Source: Mobula birostris
Lineage: Eukaryota
Direction: 5' to 3'
Length of the DNA: 64,000 nt
Assembly: GCF_030028105.1 (NCBI RefSeq)
Contig: NC_092379.1
Location: 19,073,309 to 19,137,308, forward strand
The notes beneath the pieces were generated by a model that ran no database searches, had not been told where the DNA came from, and was given only the letters and a program-made list of their open reading frames with translations. Every line of letters begins with the position of its first letter. Positions within the stretch are counted from its first letter, which is position 1. Below, in pieces: positions 23,026 to 34,429 of the stretch. A program made the position numbers and the translations under genes.

Positions 23026-23164
23026 AGAGTCTGATTCAGATTGGAAAGTGGGAGAGCGGAAACAGTGAGACAGGCAGTGTTGTGTGACGAACAGAAATCA
23101 CAGGCAAACTGTATGAAATAAAATGATGTGACTGGCAGGTTTCGAAACCCTGGCAGCTTTATGC

Positions 23165-23435
23165 AGGGGAAGCTGCAAAGAGGAAAGAGGAAGGAGAGAG
23201 AGTCAGTCTGGGAATGGAAAGGAAGAGTGATGGGGAGAGGAAAGAATGGACAAGATGGAGAGAGAGAATGGATCAGATATATGTGAACCTGAAAGAGAGG
23301 TGACAATGGAGAAGAGAGACTGAAGGAGAGAGAGAATAAAAAAAAGATCAAGAAAGAGATAGACCAAGGGAATAATGGAGATGGAAATGGAAAGAGATAA
23401 GAAGAATGAGTGGGAAAGGGAATGATGTCTGATGG
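23165..23435 (+). repeat. Polypurine (GA-rich) low-complexity tract
   Basis: Strong A/G bias on the + strand. Confidence 0.75.
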
Positions 23436-23829
23436 GCAAAGACACCAGGAGAAAGCATGGATTGTATAGAATGCCATTGTAGAGCCCTGCACTGTCTGTG
23501 AGATACCAACTAGTGAATGAAACTCCTGTCGTTTCCCTGTCTGAATTTTCAATGTGACATATTCATCTGAAGGTCTTCTGCAATGAATCAGGACTTCCTG
23601 GCACAGTGGAGTCCTCCTGTGCACTCTTTCACCCACACCGTAGAGCAGTCTCTCTGTGCCTGACTATTACACTGAGACCCAGAGGCTGTCAGTTATTATC
23701 AGCAGCCAGCTTGACTGAAGCACCAGTAATTAGAGGTGTTCCTCTGACCGCCCCCTCCCCCAGTGATTGCAGGTTATCATCGCAAGCTTCCAAATTCTTT
23801 TCACACCAAGAGCCTCTGGAAGATCATTT

Positions 23830-24156
23830 GTATTTTCTGAGCAAGAAAGATCTCCAACCACATCCTACTTGTTCAGTGTCATCAAGAGGATATGGCCGCA
23901 ATCACCTTGATGAAGTTTTGGAGATGGGTTGGGAACATGATGAGGCCAACTCAACTCCATCATCATGACTTCATTGGATTCCTGAAGACCAGAGGAATCA
24001 CAGGAGACCAAAGACAACTCGGCACGATACCATAGAGACAGAAATGAGGACCCTGAACTACATCTGGGTACAATTGAGAAGATGGCCAAGGACAGACAGA
24101 GATGGAGGACAATCATTGCTGCCCTAAATGCAAGCAGAATAATGGGCAGTAAGTAA
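23830..24156 (+). mobile_element. RTE-clade LINE 3' end
   Basis: Degenerate RWRWVG.MMR...RPKTT...ETEMRTLNY.WGTIEKMAKDRQRWR; tail agtaagtaa. Confidence 0.7.
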
Positions 24157-24204
24157 ATGGAGCAGGGAACTCAACTAAAATGGACCCAGAATGTAAATTG
24201 TCCT

Positions 24205-24395
24205 TCACACAGCACAGTGGCATTTCCCAGAATGCAGCAATGTCAAGCATGTAAAGATCATTCCTACCATTGGAAGAGAAGGGAGCTACCAGAATAAAGG
24301 GAAGACAGACACAGTGAACCAGCCTGTGCCTGACCCGACCCTGTTCCCACCACCATTGGTTAAAAGGCTTGACAGTCCTCTAATGAGACATCAAC
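24205..24395. promoter_or_regulatory. Promoter-like module copy 2 with ZNF143/STAF SBS-like site
   Basis: TTCCCAGAATGCA at 24224-24236; ATTGG at 24355. Confidence 0.35.
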
Positions 24396-26095
24396 CATCT
24401 CAAATCCAGCACTCCTCTCTCCTCCTCGAATGTTACTCTTTTCGAATGCACTGCCCTCCTCTCTCTCTGCACCAATCCCAACCTTACCATCAAAGCCACA
24501 GACAAAGGCAGTGCTGTTGTGGTGTGGTGGACTGACCTCTACCTTGCTGAGGCCAGGCAGCAATTCACTTTCACCATAGATGTTCAGATCCTAATTCTCT
24601 CATCAAAGAAGCCTTAAATCTCTCCACTTCTTTCCCAATAAAAGAACCAACCAATTATCCGCCAGAGCCCCCCTCCATCTGGCAGAACTGGTCCTCATCC
24701 TCATCAAATTTTCCTTTGGCTCCTCCCACTTCCTCCATACTCCCGTCATGGTTCCATTTGGTTGTTCCCCTTTAACACTCCTTTCTCCCTGATTATGCCC
24801 TAATTTCAGCCATTAGATTTCAATTGCTGCTAGTTTACTTAATTGTGGTACACCTGGTTTGCATCAGAGACTGTGAAATAAGTACAATGGCGTCACTACA
24901 CAGGTCACCAGTTTGTTGGTCTATTCTTGTGTGATACTTTGTTCTCTCATCCGCTTAGAACCTTTAGTTCTAAGTTTCGTTCCAAGTTCTGCTCTAGTTT
25001 CAAGATAGTCCCTGTAAATCCCGTCTCCTTGTCAAGATTCCTCCGGTTTGCTGTTCTACGTTCACGTCTATGACAGCATCCCCAACTCAGTCAACGTGCC
25101 GGTGTCCTGCACTTGGGTTCTCCTCAGTTGCACTGTGCAACAACTCCAGGGGTAGCCATGGGCACCCTCATGGGCCCCAGATAATCTGCCTCTTCATTGG
25201 CTGTGTAGAACAGTCCATGTTCCAAGCCTTCCCAGGCAATGCTCCCTGTCTTCCTCTATTACATTGACAATTGGATTTGGGCTGCTTCATGCACCCATGC
25301 TGAGCTCATCGATTTCATCAACTTTGCCTCTAACTTCCACCCTGCCCTTAAAATCACTTGGTCTATTTCTGACACCTCCCTTCACTTTCTAGATCTCTCT
25401 GTCTCCATCTCTGGGAACAAACTTCTTTTATATACCTATCATTTCCCACGATTATCTTGGCTAAACTGCTTCCCACACTGTCTCCTGTAAAAATACTATT
25501 GCCTTTTCTCATTTCCATCATCTCCACTGCATCTGTTCCCAGGATGTGGTTCTCCTTTCCAGGACATCAGAAATGTGTCCTTCTTCCAAGAATGGGGTTT
25601 CCCTTCCTCCACCATTGATGCTGCCCACACCCGCATCTCCTCCATTTCCCAAACATCCGAGCTCACCCCGTCTTCCCACTGCCTTATCAGTGATAGAGTT
25701 CCTTTTGTCATTACCTACCACCCCATGAGGTTCTGCATCTGACTCATCATCCTCTGCAACTTCCACCATCTCCAAAGGGATACCTCCACTAAACATATTT
25801 TACTTACCCCCCTCCATTTTTCATATGGATCCCTCCCAACATGATTCCCCTGTCCATTCATCCTTCCCCACTAATCTCCCTCCTGGCATTTACCCCTGCA
25901 AGTGGCAGAAGTGCTCCACCTGCCCATTCACCTTCTCCCTCACCTCCATTCAGGGCCCCAAGCAGTCTTTCCAGGTGAGGCAACACTTCAGCTGCAAATC
26001 TGCTGGGGTCATCTATTGTGTCCAGTGCTCCTGATGTGGCCTCCTCTATATTGGTGAGATCTGTCGTAAATTGGGAAACCACTTCATCAAACACC
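24395..26095 (+). mobile_element. Penelope-like element (deleted RT and GIY-YIG), sharing its left junction with the 14945 copy
   Basis: TIKATDKGSAVVVW; YIDNWI; GIY-YIG-type GVIYCVQCS*CGLLYIGE near 26005-26060. Confidence 0.85.
24744..25142 (+). mobile_element. Solo LTR (399 bp) with 5-bp TSD
   Basis: (C/T)GTCATG...GCAACA flanked by ACTCC at 24739-24743 and 25143-25147; empty site ccatactccagtggtagc at about 15650-15668. Confidence 0.8.
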
Positions 26096-26099
26096 TCCG

Positions 26100-27420
26100 T
26101 TCCAACCACCAAGATGAGGCAACCCTTAGGGTGCAGGTAGGAAATTCTGATCGTAGCAATGAGAGGTTGAAGATGTCTTTGAATGCCCCTGCCAGTTGGT
26201 TAGCACAGGTTTTCAGAGCCTTACCTGGTACTCCATCAGGCCTTGCCACCTTGCGAGGGTTCACCCTCTTGAAAGACAGCCTGATGTTGGCCTCCAAGAC
26301 AGAGATCACAGAGCCAGCAGATGCTGCAGGGACTCGCACAGCTGTAGTTCTTTTTCTCCTTTTCAAAACAAGCATAAAAGGTGTTGAGCTCATTTGGGAT
26401 TGAATTATCACTGCCATTCATGATGTTGGGTTTTGCTTTGTGGGAAGTAATGGCCTGCAAATCCTGCCAGAGTTGACGTGCATCCAGTGTTGCCTCCAGC
26501 CTCTCCCAGAATTGTTTCTTGGCTCTTGAAATAACCCTCTGCAAGTCATGCCTGGTTTTCTTATACAGACATGAGTTGTCAGACATAAATGTCACAGATC
26601 TAGCCCCCAGCAGACTACGAACCTCGTGGTTCGTCCATGGCATTTGGCTTGGGAATGTACAGTAAGATTTCATAGGCACACGCACATCTACACAGAATTT
26701 AATAAACCTGGTGACAACTGTGGCATACTCATCCAGACTCAAAGATGACTCCCTGACCATAGTCCAGTCCATCAATTCAAAGCAGTCCTGTAAGCACTCC
26801 TGCCCTTTCCTGGTCCATACCTCCTTGGTCCTCACTACTGGTGCTGCGGTCTTTGGTCTCTGCCTATGCTTACCAAAGTGTGGGTGTGGGAGAGCAGGAT
26901 AGACATGCTTAAATTTAGCGTAACAGTGTTCCAGTGTGTTGGTTACTCTGGTACTACAGGGGATTTGTAGATAATCATTGCTGAAATCTCACTCAGCCCC
27001 TAAAATGGCCAGCACTTCATTGTGAGGTATTGCGGGTCTGGTGGACAATATTGGGAGGTCACCAACACATATTCACCATGAGGAGTTGATCATGAAGCAA
27101 GGCTGCTTTTGAGAGACTTGACTGACCTATCTTGGTGGTGGAACTGAACCCGTCTGTCTTTATCTCTGTGTCCGGTGTGGAAAGGGTTAACTATGATACC
27201 ATGAAACAAAGGGTGAAAGTGGTCCTAATGTCTCTCTGATACAGCACCCTGGCTCTGAGATCTTCAGTTTTATTTACCAGGGACTGTACAATTGCCAGCA
27301 AGGTAGTCGGTATTGGGAATTGAAAACCTCATTTTCTTAAACACACCATCAGACCAGGACGTTGAATCCACTTTCTCCAGTGGCTTCCTAAAGGGGCAGT
27401 GTGCCAACCACAGTCTGGCC
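26100..27420 (-). mobile_element. Rex1/Babar LINE fragment (APE endonuclease start to RT start)
   Basis: TLLAIVQSLVNKTEDLRARVLYQRDI; PWTNHEVRSLL; KRVNPRKVARPDGVPGKALKTCANQLAG.F.DIFNLSL. Confidence 0.85.
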
Positions 27421-27648
27421 TATTTTCTCTCAGTTTTAAGCAGCAATAAGTTGTTCAATTGTATCAAAACTTCACCACTGACTGTACACATCTTAGACGT
27501 AGATGTGGTTCTCAGCAATTGCAGGCTAAAACAAGAATATTTGATGATCACACCAGGGCTGCACCATTATTCAATATTGAACTGGCCTGGCAGAGTTCAC
27601 AGCACAATGTAAACAATTTCATGAACGGGGTGAGTTCCAGGACCCTAC

Positions 27649-27955
27649 CTTGGACGTTCTCCACTTGCTTCTTGATACAGGTATTGGAGGGCGGATAAAT
27701 CACTGTACAGCTGAAGACTGATTCTGTCTTCCAATCCTGCAAACTCACGGTCAGGAAGTGTCTGGCACTGAAAGTCCACCCCTGGTTGGTGTAGCACTGG
27801 TGTTGGAGGTGATGATGGTGCTGCCTTTCTCCCAGGTGACATCCAATTGGTCCGAGTGGAATCCAGAGACCACACACTCCAGTGTGGCCATTTTCCTATT
27901 CTTCGTCTCTTCCTAGGATGGAAGCTGTCAGGATTTTGAATAAAGACAAACAATT
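27649..27955 (-). pseudogene. Immunoglobulin heavy-chain constant (C1-set) exon, IgW/IgNAR-like, pseudogenised
   Basis: Pyrimidine-rich acceptor ttttccatttctaatccccAG, 307-bp exon, phase-1 donor CAAG|GTAGGG. Joined frames: LPS*EETKNRKMATLECVVSGFHSDQLDVTWEKGSTIITSNTSATP / QGWTFSARHFLTVSLQDWKTESVFSCTVIYPPSNTCIKKQVENVQ, with both canonical Cys, the C-strand Trp and the EF-loop Trp. Confidence 0.85.
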
Positions 27956-28829
27956 CTGGGGATTAGAAATGGAAAACGTCAGAATCTTACTGGAGATATT
28001 CTTATCGGTTGTTGAATCAGCCCCTGTTCTTCCCTGTAATAAAGATTACAGTGGCTCATTTATATCCATGAAAAGCCTTCAATGACAAATAATTGGCCAA
28101 ATTCAGCCAGTAGCAACCCCGTGCTTTTACACAGTAGCTTCAAGATGGATTTGACCTGAACTCTCGTTCATGGGTCTTATCTTCAGTAATTTTGTTTGGC
28201 TGCTTTTGCTATTTCACAGCTGTGTCGACATGATCAGAGACATCTCATGAGTTGGCCACTTGTATGTTCTGCCCAGCCACATTCGATTTCACTCCCTCCA
28301 TGAGTGATGCATGGTGAATATTGTCTGTCCAGAATTTTCAACAGTATTGTTTTCTCTACAATGTAACCTGAGCAGGTTTTATCTTGCTTTGGTGATAGTT
28401 GCATTTTGCCTATGGTAGCCCAGATACTAATTTGTACTGACCTGATGCAGGGATTCAACAGTTTCTTTCCAGCCATCAATGCTGCTGAAGTTGCCGTGTT
28501 TCTCCAGCACAGATTGTGCGTTGCTCTGGATTCCAGCATCTGCAGTCTCTTGTGTTTGGAATGAAGTTGACTTGACTGAAGTATTTGGTACCTTGTAGTG
28601 ACAACCTGCAGCCACTGGGGGTCAGAGGAACACCTCTGAAATAAGGTATTGAGACTTCAAACCGGCTGCTGTAATAGCACCCTCAAACCACTGGGTGTCA
28701 GTGTTACAGATTAGTCAGAGGGGGTTGCTGGACTGCTTGGGTGAAACAGTGCACAGGAGGAGTCCATTGTGCCAGGAGGGCCTGAGACTACAGGAGCTCT
28801 TCAGAGGAATACGTCACATTGCAACGCAG

Positions 28830-28900
28830 TTTCCTCCCACACCTCAAAGACCTGCTTGTCAGTAGGTTAATTGGCTACCGTAAATTGCCCTCAGTGATAG
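28830..28900 (+). mobile_element. V-SINE/HE1-like fragment (also revcomp at about 22140-22208, and 33545-33600)
   Basis: tttcctcccacac..caaagac..gct.g.tagg.taattggctac.gtaaattg.cc core. Confidence 0.5.
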
Positions 28901-28934
28901 AGTCCTACAGCATGGAAACAGCACAAGTCGTCCA

Positions 28935-29815
28935 TGCTGACCAAGATGAAAATCCAAGCTAGGCCCCATTTCCCAGTGTTTGACCCATAACCATCCAAAA
29001 TGTTCCACTCCGTGTATCTGTCCAACTGCCTTTGAAAAGTTATTTACTTAACTCAAACACTTCTTCTGGTAACATATTCTATAGGTTCCACCATTTCTGT
29101 TTAAAGAATCCTTTAAATTCCTGTTAAATCTTTCCCCTCTCACTGAAACCTATGCCCTCTAGCTCTTGGTTCTCCATCTTAATAAAAGACTGTGGACATT
29201 TACCACAGCTATGCCCCTCCTGATTTTACACATCTTTATAAAAGTGCCTCTGAGACTCCTGTATTTCAAGCAATATAGCCTTAACCTGTCGAACCTCTCC
29301 CCATAACATGGACCCTTGAGTCCTGGCAACATCCTTATAAATCTCTTCTGCACTCATTCAGTTTAATTGCCTCTTTCCTGCAGCTTGCTGACTGAAGTGC
29401 AGCCTCACAGATGCCTTGTACAACCGCACTGTGACCTCCCAACATTCACACTCAATGTTCTGTCTAATGAAGGCCGGCATGCCAAAAGCCTTTCACCATC
29501 CTAACTACTTTTGATTCCATGTCCTTTTAATCCACAACACTGTCCAGGACCCTGCCGTTTACCATGAAAGTCCAACCTTGGTTTGACTTTACAAATTACG
29601 ACACCTCACACTTATCTGAATTAAAATCCAGTTGCCACTCCTTACTCAGCTAATCAACATACACCTGTAATGCTTGATAATCTTTCACAAACTTCACTTT
29701 ACCACTTGTTTTAATATCGTCTGTGAACGTACTGACCATGTTTTGTACATTCGTATCCAAATCTTTGATGCAGATGACAAAAAAAATGGCCAAGCACTGA
29801 CCCCTGAAGTACACC
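28935..29815 (-). mobile_element. Old CR1 3' fragment
   Basis: MQKRFIRMLPGLKG.CYGER..RL.LY.L..R.LRG. Confidence 0.75.
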
Positions 29816-29825
29816 TACTTGTCAT

Positions 29826-29928
29826 GGACATACTCCCTGTTCACCGATAACTGTGGGGCCAGGTACAGCTCCAACTCATTAACGGAGTTTGTCTGGTGCA
29901 CAGTTATGGGTGTACAGGGAGTATGTCC
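29826..29928. repeat. 30-bp inverted repeat (2 mismatches) with a 43-nt loop
   Basis: ggacatactccctgttcaccgataactgtg (29826-29855) versus revcomp of 29899-29928 ggacatactccctgtacacccataactgtg. Confidence 0.9.
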
Positions 29929-30370
29929 CTGTCAGAGCAACTCCCACACTGCAATCTCTGGCACAATGGAGAGCAACTGTACTCGGGACATTGGGAATGC
30001 TACTGTCTGTATGACATGCACCATCTGCACTTGGAAACAGCTGTTGGCTCCTACATTGTCATTTCACCCACGTCATAGACACCAATGATGATGTGAGCCC
30101 CACCCTGAACCACTAACAGTCTGGGTGTGCAAGGATCATATCACTGACAACAATCTGGAGTATTAACATTATTTCTGTATCACTGACAGACACAGGGATG
30201 TGAGAAGTATACTCGTCACACAGTATGTAGTACTCACACCATCTCCACAGCAAGAACAGACAAAATGTACAGATAACCTGCTGATGACATCATCTCATTT
30301 GTTAGTGATCCTTTCAAAGACCAGATAATCAGGATGTAAGAGGGAAGGAAACAACAGAAAAATTAAAATT

Positions 30371-30412
30371 ATATATATACACACACTGTGTGTCTGTGTG
30401 TGTGTGTGTGTG
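30371..30412. repeat. Compound (AT)n(AC)n(TG)n microsatellite
   Basis: Direct reading. Confidence 0.9.
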
Positions 30413-31479
30413 TTCAAAACCAATTATGCCACAACAGAGTATCATGTCTAATTCAGAACCCAATATCAGTGGGATGAAAAAGCATTAGAAAGTATTAGAA
30501 TGATTCCAGGGATGATGGTCATTACTAATGTGGAAAATGGAGCAGCTGGAATTGCTTTGTTTGGAAAGGAAGATGTGGAAGGACATCCATGAAGGCATTT
30601 GTAATCACAGAGGCTCAAAATGGACGAAGAGAGAAATTGTCATTGGTGAATGTAGAGGGTGTAGAATGACAAAAGGATCAGAGTCACATCAGGAAGTAAT
30701 GATTTATGCAGTGAGAGGAACGTGTCTATAAATCACTGGTATGCCTGGTAGAGGAAGCTCATCCAATTGTGGTATTCAGAAGGGAAATGGAAAATTGAGA
30801 GGAAGACAAAATGCAGAATAATGGGAGATAAGACAGGGAAACACATTGGTTAGCTCTTGATTACCACCAGCTCAGACTTAATAGGTGAATCAATTTTCTT
30901 CCACACTATTCTGTTAGTGATTCTCCGTGCTTAAGCTATCTGTCCAGTTGCTATCACATCCTATCATTCCAAAACCCTTAATGTTCCTTGCCCCGAAGAC
31001 AATGATATCTATCAGGTGTCAGAAACATGCTGGCTCCATCTTACAATCAGGCACAGACCCATTAGACTTTCAATTTTTCCAAAACAGCCTTTGGTAGAGA
31101 CATCCAGCTCATTTTCACAGTTAATCCAAACGAAATAGAAAAGATTCTCCTTCCTGATGATCCTTCTAGAATGTGCATGTTCTTTCAGCTGACTTCCTCC
31201 TGAACCCCGCACGGATTGGCAACATCAACGTCCAACCTTCTTTATTCGAGACTGAAACAACATTGGGACAACCAGATTTACGGGATTCTCACGTTCCGAC
31301 TACTGAACTCCACTTCACGACTTCTTTGTCAACAGCAGTTGTTATGGGGGAAAGAAAAACAACTGGAAAAGCTGTGAACATTACGACTAGTGACACTGTC
31401 TGTCCTGTCAGCACCGCCCCTACAGCACCAGCAACACTGTGTGTGAGTACCACATCAGTAACATGGTCTCTGGTATCAG

Positions 31480-32100
31480 CACCGACCGCTCTTATCAACG
31501 GCCGGGAACGCGACTGCGCGGTGGAAACCCAACGGCCGAGGCTCAGGCGGGTCGATCGTCAAGCAGTGATTGGATGATCGGCCGTCACGTGGGTGTGTCT
31601 ATTGGCAGCGAGCTCGAGCGTGGGTTGTCGAGGTTCTCACTAGAGGGCGGGGTGACATCTTTGGTTGCCGGCAAAAAAAAAGGACGATTCCAGAAGAGAG
31701 TCGAGTTGAGGCGCGCGGGTAGCGGCAAGCTCTGATTGGAGGATCGGCCTGAAGGTGACGTATGGCTGCTCCGGCTACCGCTTCTTTAACCGCTGATTGA
31801 AGGCACAGTCTCCCGGTGTCCGCGCGGACTTGGAGGAAGTAAGCACGCGGCAAATGGTTATAGCGCGGGAAAAAGCGAGGCTCCGATTGGTTGAGGGGTA
31901 AAGACGTGTGACGAGGAGCCGAGTGCGTGAATCCCTCCAACGGCGCAGCCGCAGCGGCGGGAGAAAGGAGACGCCAACGCTGAGTTGTCGTGTCCAGTAA
32001 CAAATCGTTGGTGACTGAAGAAGAGGGCTTCGCCGGAGGTGTGCACAAAAGCTAGCGGGACAACGCATTGCAGGGTAAGGGGAGAGGCAAGTTCGGGAAA
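31480..32100 (+). promoter_or_regulatory. CpG-island promoter with candidate non-coding first exon
   Basis: Only strongly CpG-rich stretch in the window. ATTGG at 31569, 31601, 31735, 31886; CACGTG 31586; GGGCGGGG 31645; TGACGT 31756; GGAAGT 31835; E2F-type GCGCGGGAAA 31863; donor AGG|GTAAGG with GT at 32075. Confidence 0.7.
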
Positions 32101-34429
32101 CATTCATTTTCTGGTGTCTAAGAACATGCAGTGCAGGAAGAACACTAGTGTGGTATTGGAAGAAGTTCTGATTGTTTGATGTATGGACTTGGTGGGTGGA
32201 GATGGGAGAGGTCGTTGTATGACAGGTGGACTAGTGTAGAGTGTGAATACACAGTTAAGCTGGTGACAGAAAGATTATATGCTGGGTGGGTAGACAATAA
32301 ATAGACGTTTATTTTGTTGTTTGAGGCTGGATCTGCAGGTACTCAGGGTCATCTGGGAAGCTGGGGGCTTCATAGATGAGACATTTACAGAGGTGGGCAT
32401 ACCTGAAGTACAATTTCAGATAGATGGGGAAGTAAGGGGAAAAGACAGTCAGTACATGTGCTGGTTAGTACCAGAATTGGAAAATAGGCCAGATTTTCCT
32501 CTGCAATCGACAATAGTGTAACAACCGTCCCTTTGCCTCCTCACCACCATCCAATCTCCTCAACAGTCTTTCCAGTGAGGCTCAGATTTCCATGCACCAC
32601 ATCCATTGTTGACTATTGCATTCATTGCACTCAAGGTGACCCAAGTGTCATCTAGGGAATCACTTTAACAAATATCTGCACTCCAGGCACCATGGCCATC
32701 GATAGCTCCCATTCAGAAGCCATTTTAATTCTACTCCCCATTGCCACATCAACCTGTCTGGCTTTGGTGACATTCACTGTCATGGTGAAGCCAAACGCAA
32801 GCATGAGGGACAGAACATCTTATTCCAGTTTGGTTATCTACAATCCAATGGCATTAATACTGAATTCTGCAATTTGAGGTAAACTTCGTCCCCACTGTCT
32901 CCTTTTCTCTCACCTCCTGATCTACCCAGGTCCTCTTGTACACATCTTTCTTTCAAAACTCCCCAATCCCAACGGGATTTGTTTATTTCTGCCAAGCAAA
33001 TTTTAAGGATGATGGAGTAACAGGGCCCGTGTGAATTTATTCACAAGGTCCCTTGGTCACCATGGAGAGTAAGTGGAGGACAAAATGAGTTGAAAATTTT
33101 TTTTGCAGCTGTACTTGGTGTTCAACCATTAAAAGTCTAATTCCCTCAGCTCTTGTGAAAATATTGTGATATTAGTTTGTTTCTCTCTCCACAGATACTG
33201 CCTGTCCTGTAATTTCATTAGTTTTTATCTCTTATTTGCAACATGTGTAATTATTTCTCCCTCAGTGATGATTTCATTCTTCCTATTGGAGTTCAGATGC
33301 CAATTTTGTCTGCAGCTGGTTTGATCTGAACAATGTGTTACCCTGCAATAATAACTACAACCACTAGGGGTGAGAGGAACACCTCCAAATGTTGAGCCTT
33401 CAGTTAAATTGGCTGCTGTTTTGTTAACCAACAGTCTCTGGCTGTCAGTATAACAGTCAGGCAAAAAGACACTGCTGGATGGTGTGGGTGAAACAGTGCA
33501 CAGGAGGATTCCACTCTTCAGATAATACATCACATTGAAATATGACATCCTTCTTCAAAATTCATGCTTGTTGGTAGGTTATTACCACTTTAAACTGTGC
33601 TTGTATTTGTAGATTCAGAGGGTCAAAGGCATGGAAACTGGTCCTTCGTCCCAACTCCTCCATGCTGACCAAGATGCCCATCCAAGCTGGTCAGATTGAC
33701 AGCATTTTGTGGGAACTTTCCTTATCCATTGCCCTCTTGATTTTATGCATCTCTACAAAATCTCCACTCAATTTCCTACAAGTCGAAGATTTTCACCAGA
33801 GCTGAGGAAGTTAGAGATTTAATAAACAGGTACAGTCGCAGGAAAATATCCCATCTCACTGTTACGTTGACTCTCCACAGTGACTGCGACTCCAAGATAC
33901 AAAGTTATATTTTCTGTAATTTATATATTCATTCCAAGGAAAGTCCTAGCCCAGACAATGTCTCCCGGTAATTCAGTCATGGCAACATCCTTGTAAATCA
34001 TTTCTGTACCCTTTTCTCATTAATAGCATCTTTCCACCAGGAGATTGAATAAAAACAGAACACAATACTCCAAATACAACCTCACTGGTATCGTCTACCG
34101 TTTCAACATTTATACGCAACGCTCTGACTGACGAAGACCAGCATAGCAAAAGGCTTCTTCACCACCCTGTCTACCTGTGACTCCACTTTCAGTGAACCAT
34201 GTACTTGAACTCCCTCTGTTCCACATCACTCTCCAGGGCCCTTTCATTCACTGTGAAATTCCTATCTTGGTTTAACTTTTGAAAACATTACACCTTGCAC
34301 TTCCTTGAATGGAACTCCATCTGCCACACTTAAGCCCATTTATTCAGCTGAACAAGGACCCGCCGTAATTTTGATAACCTTCTTCACTCTTCACTTTACT
34401 GCTAATTTTTTGATGGGCTGCAATTCGTG

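Noticed and set aside
23019-23636. 205-aa hydrophobic ORF resembling a membrane protein
   Set aside because: Antisense reading of the polypurine tract
31173-32107. Overlapping 80-150 aa ORFs in the CpG island
   Set aside because: Expected from GC-rich, stop-poor sequence; no recognisable domain
33178-33200. Acceptor-like tttctctctccacAG downstream of the promoter donor
   Set aside because: It is part of the Penelope/SINE tail motif (ctctccacagat.ctgcc), not evidence of exon 2
33225-33548. ORF ending ..YYCRVTH as an intact Ig domain
   Set aside because: No conserved Trp, frame not kept in paralogous copies, no splice or RSS context; kept only as a weak hypothesis under segment X
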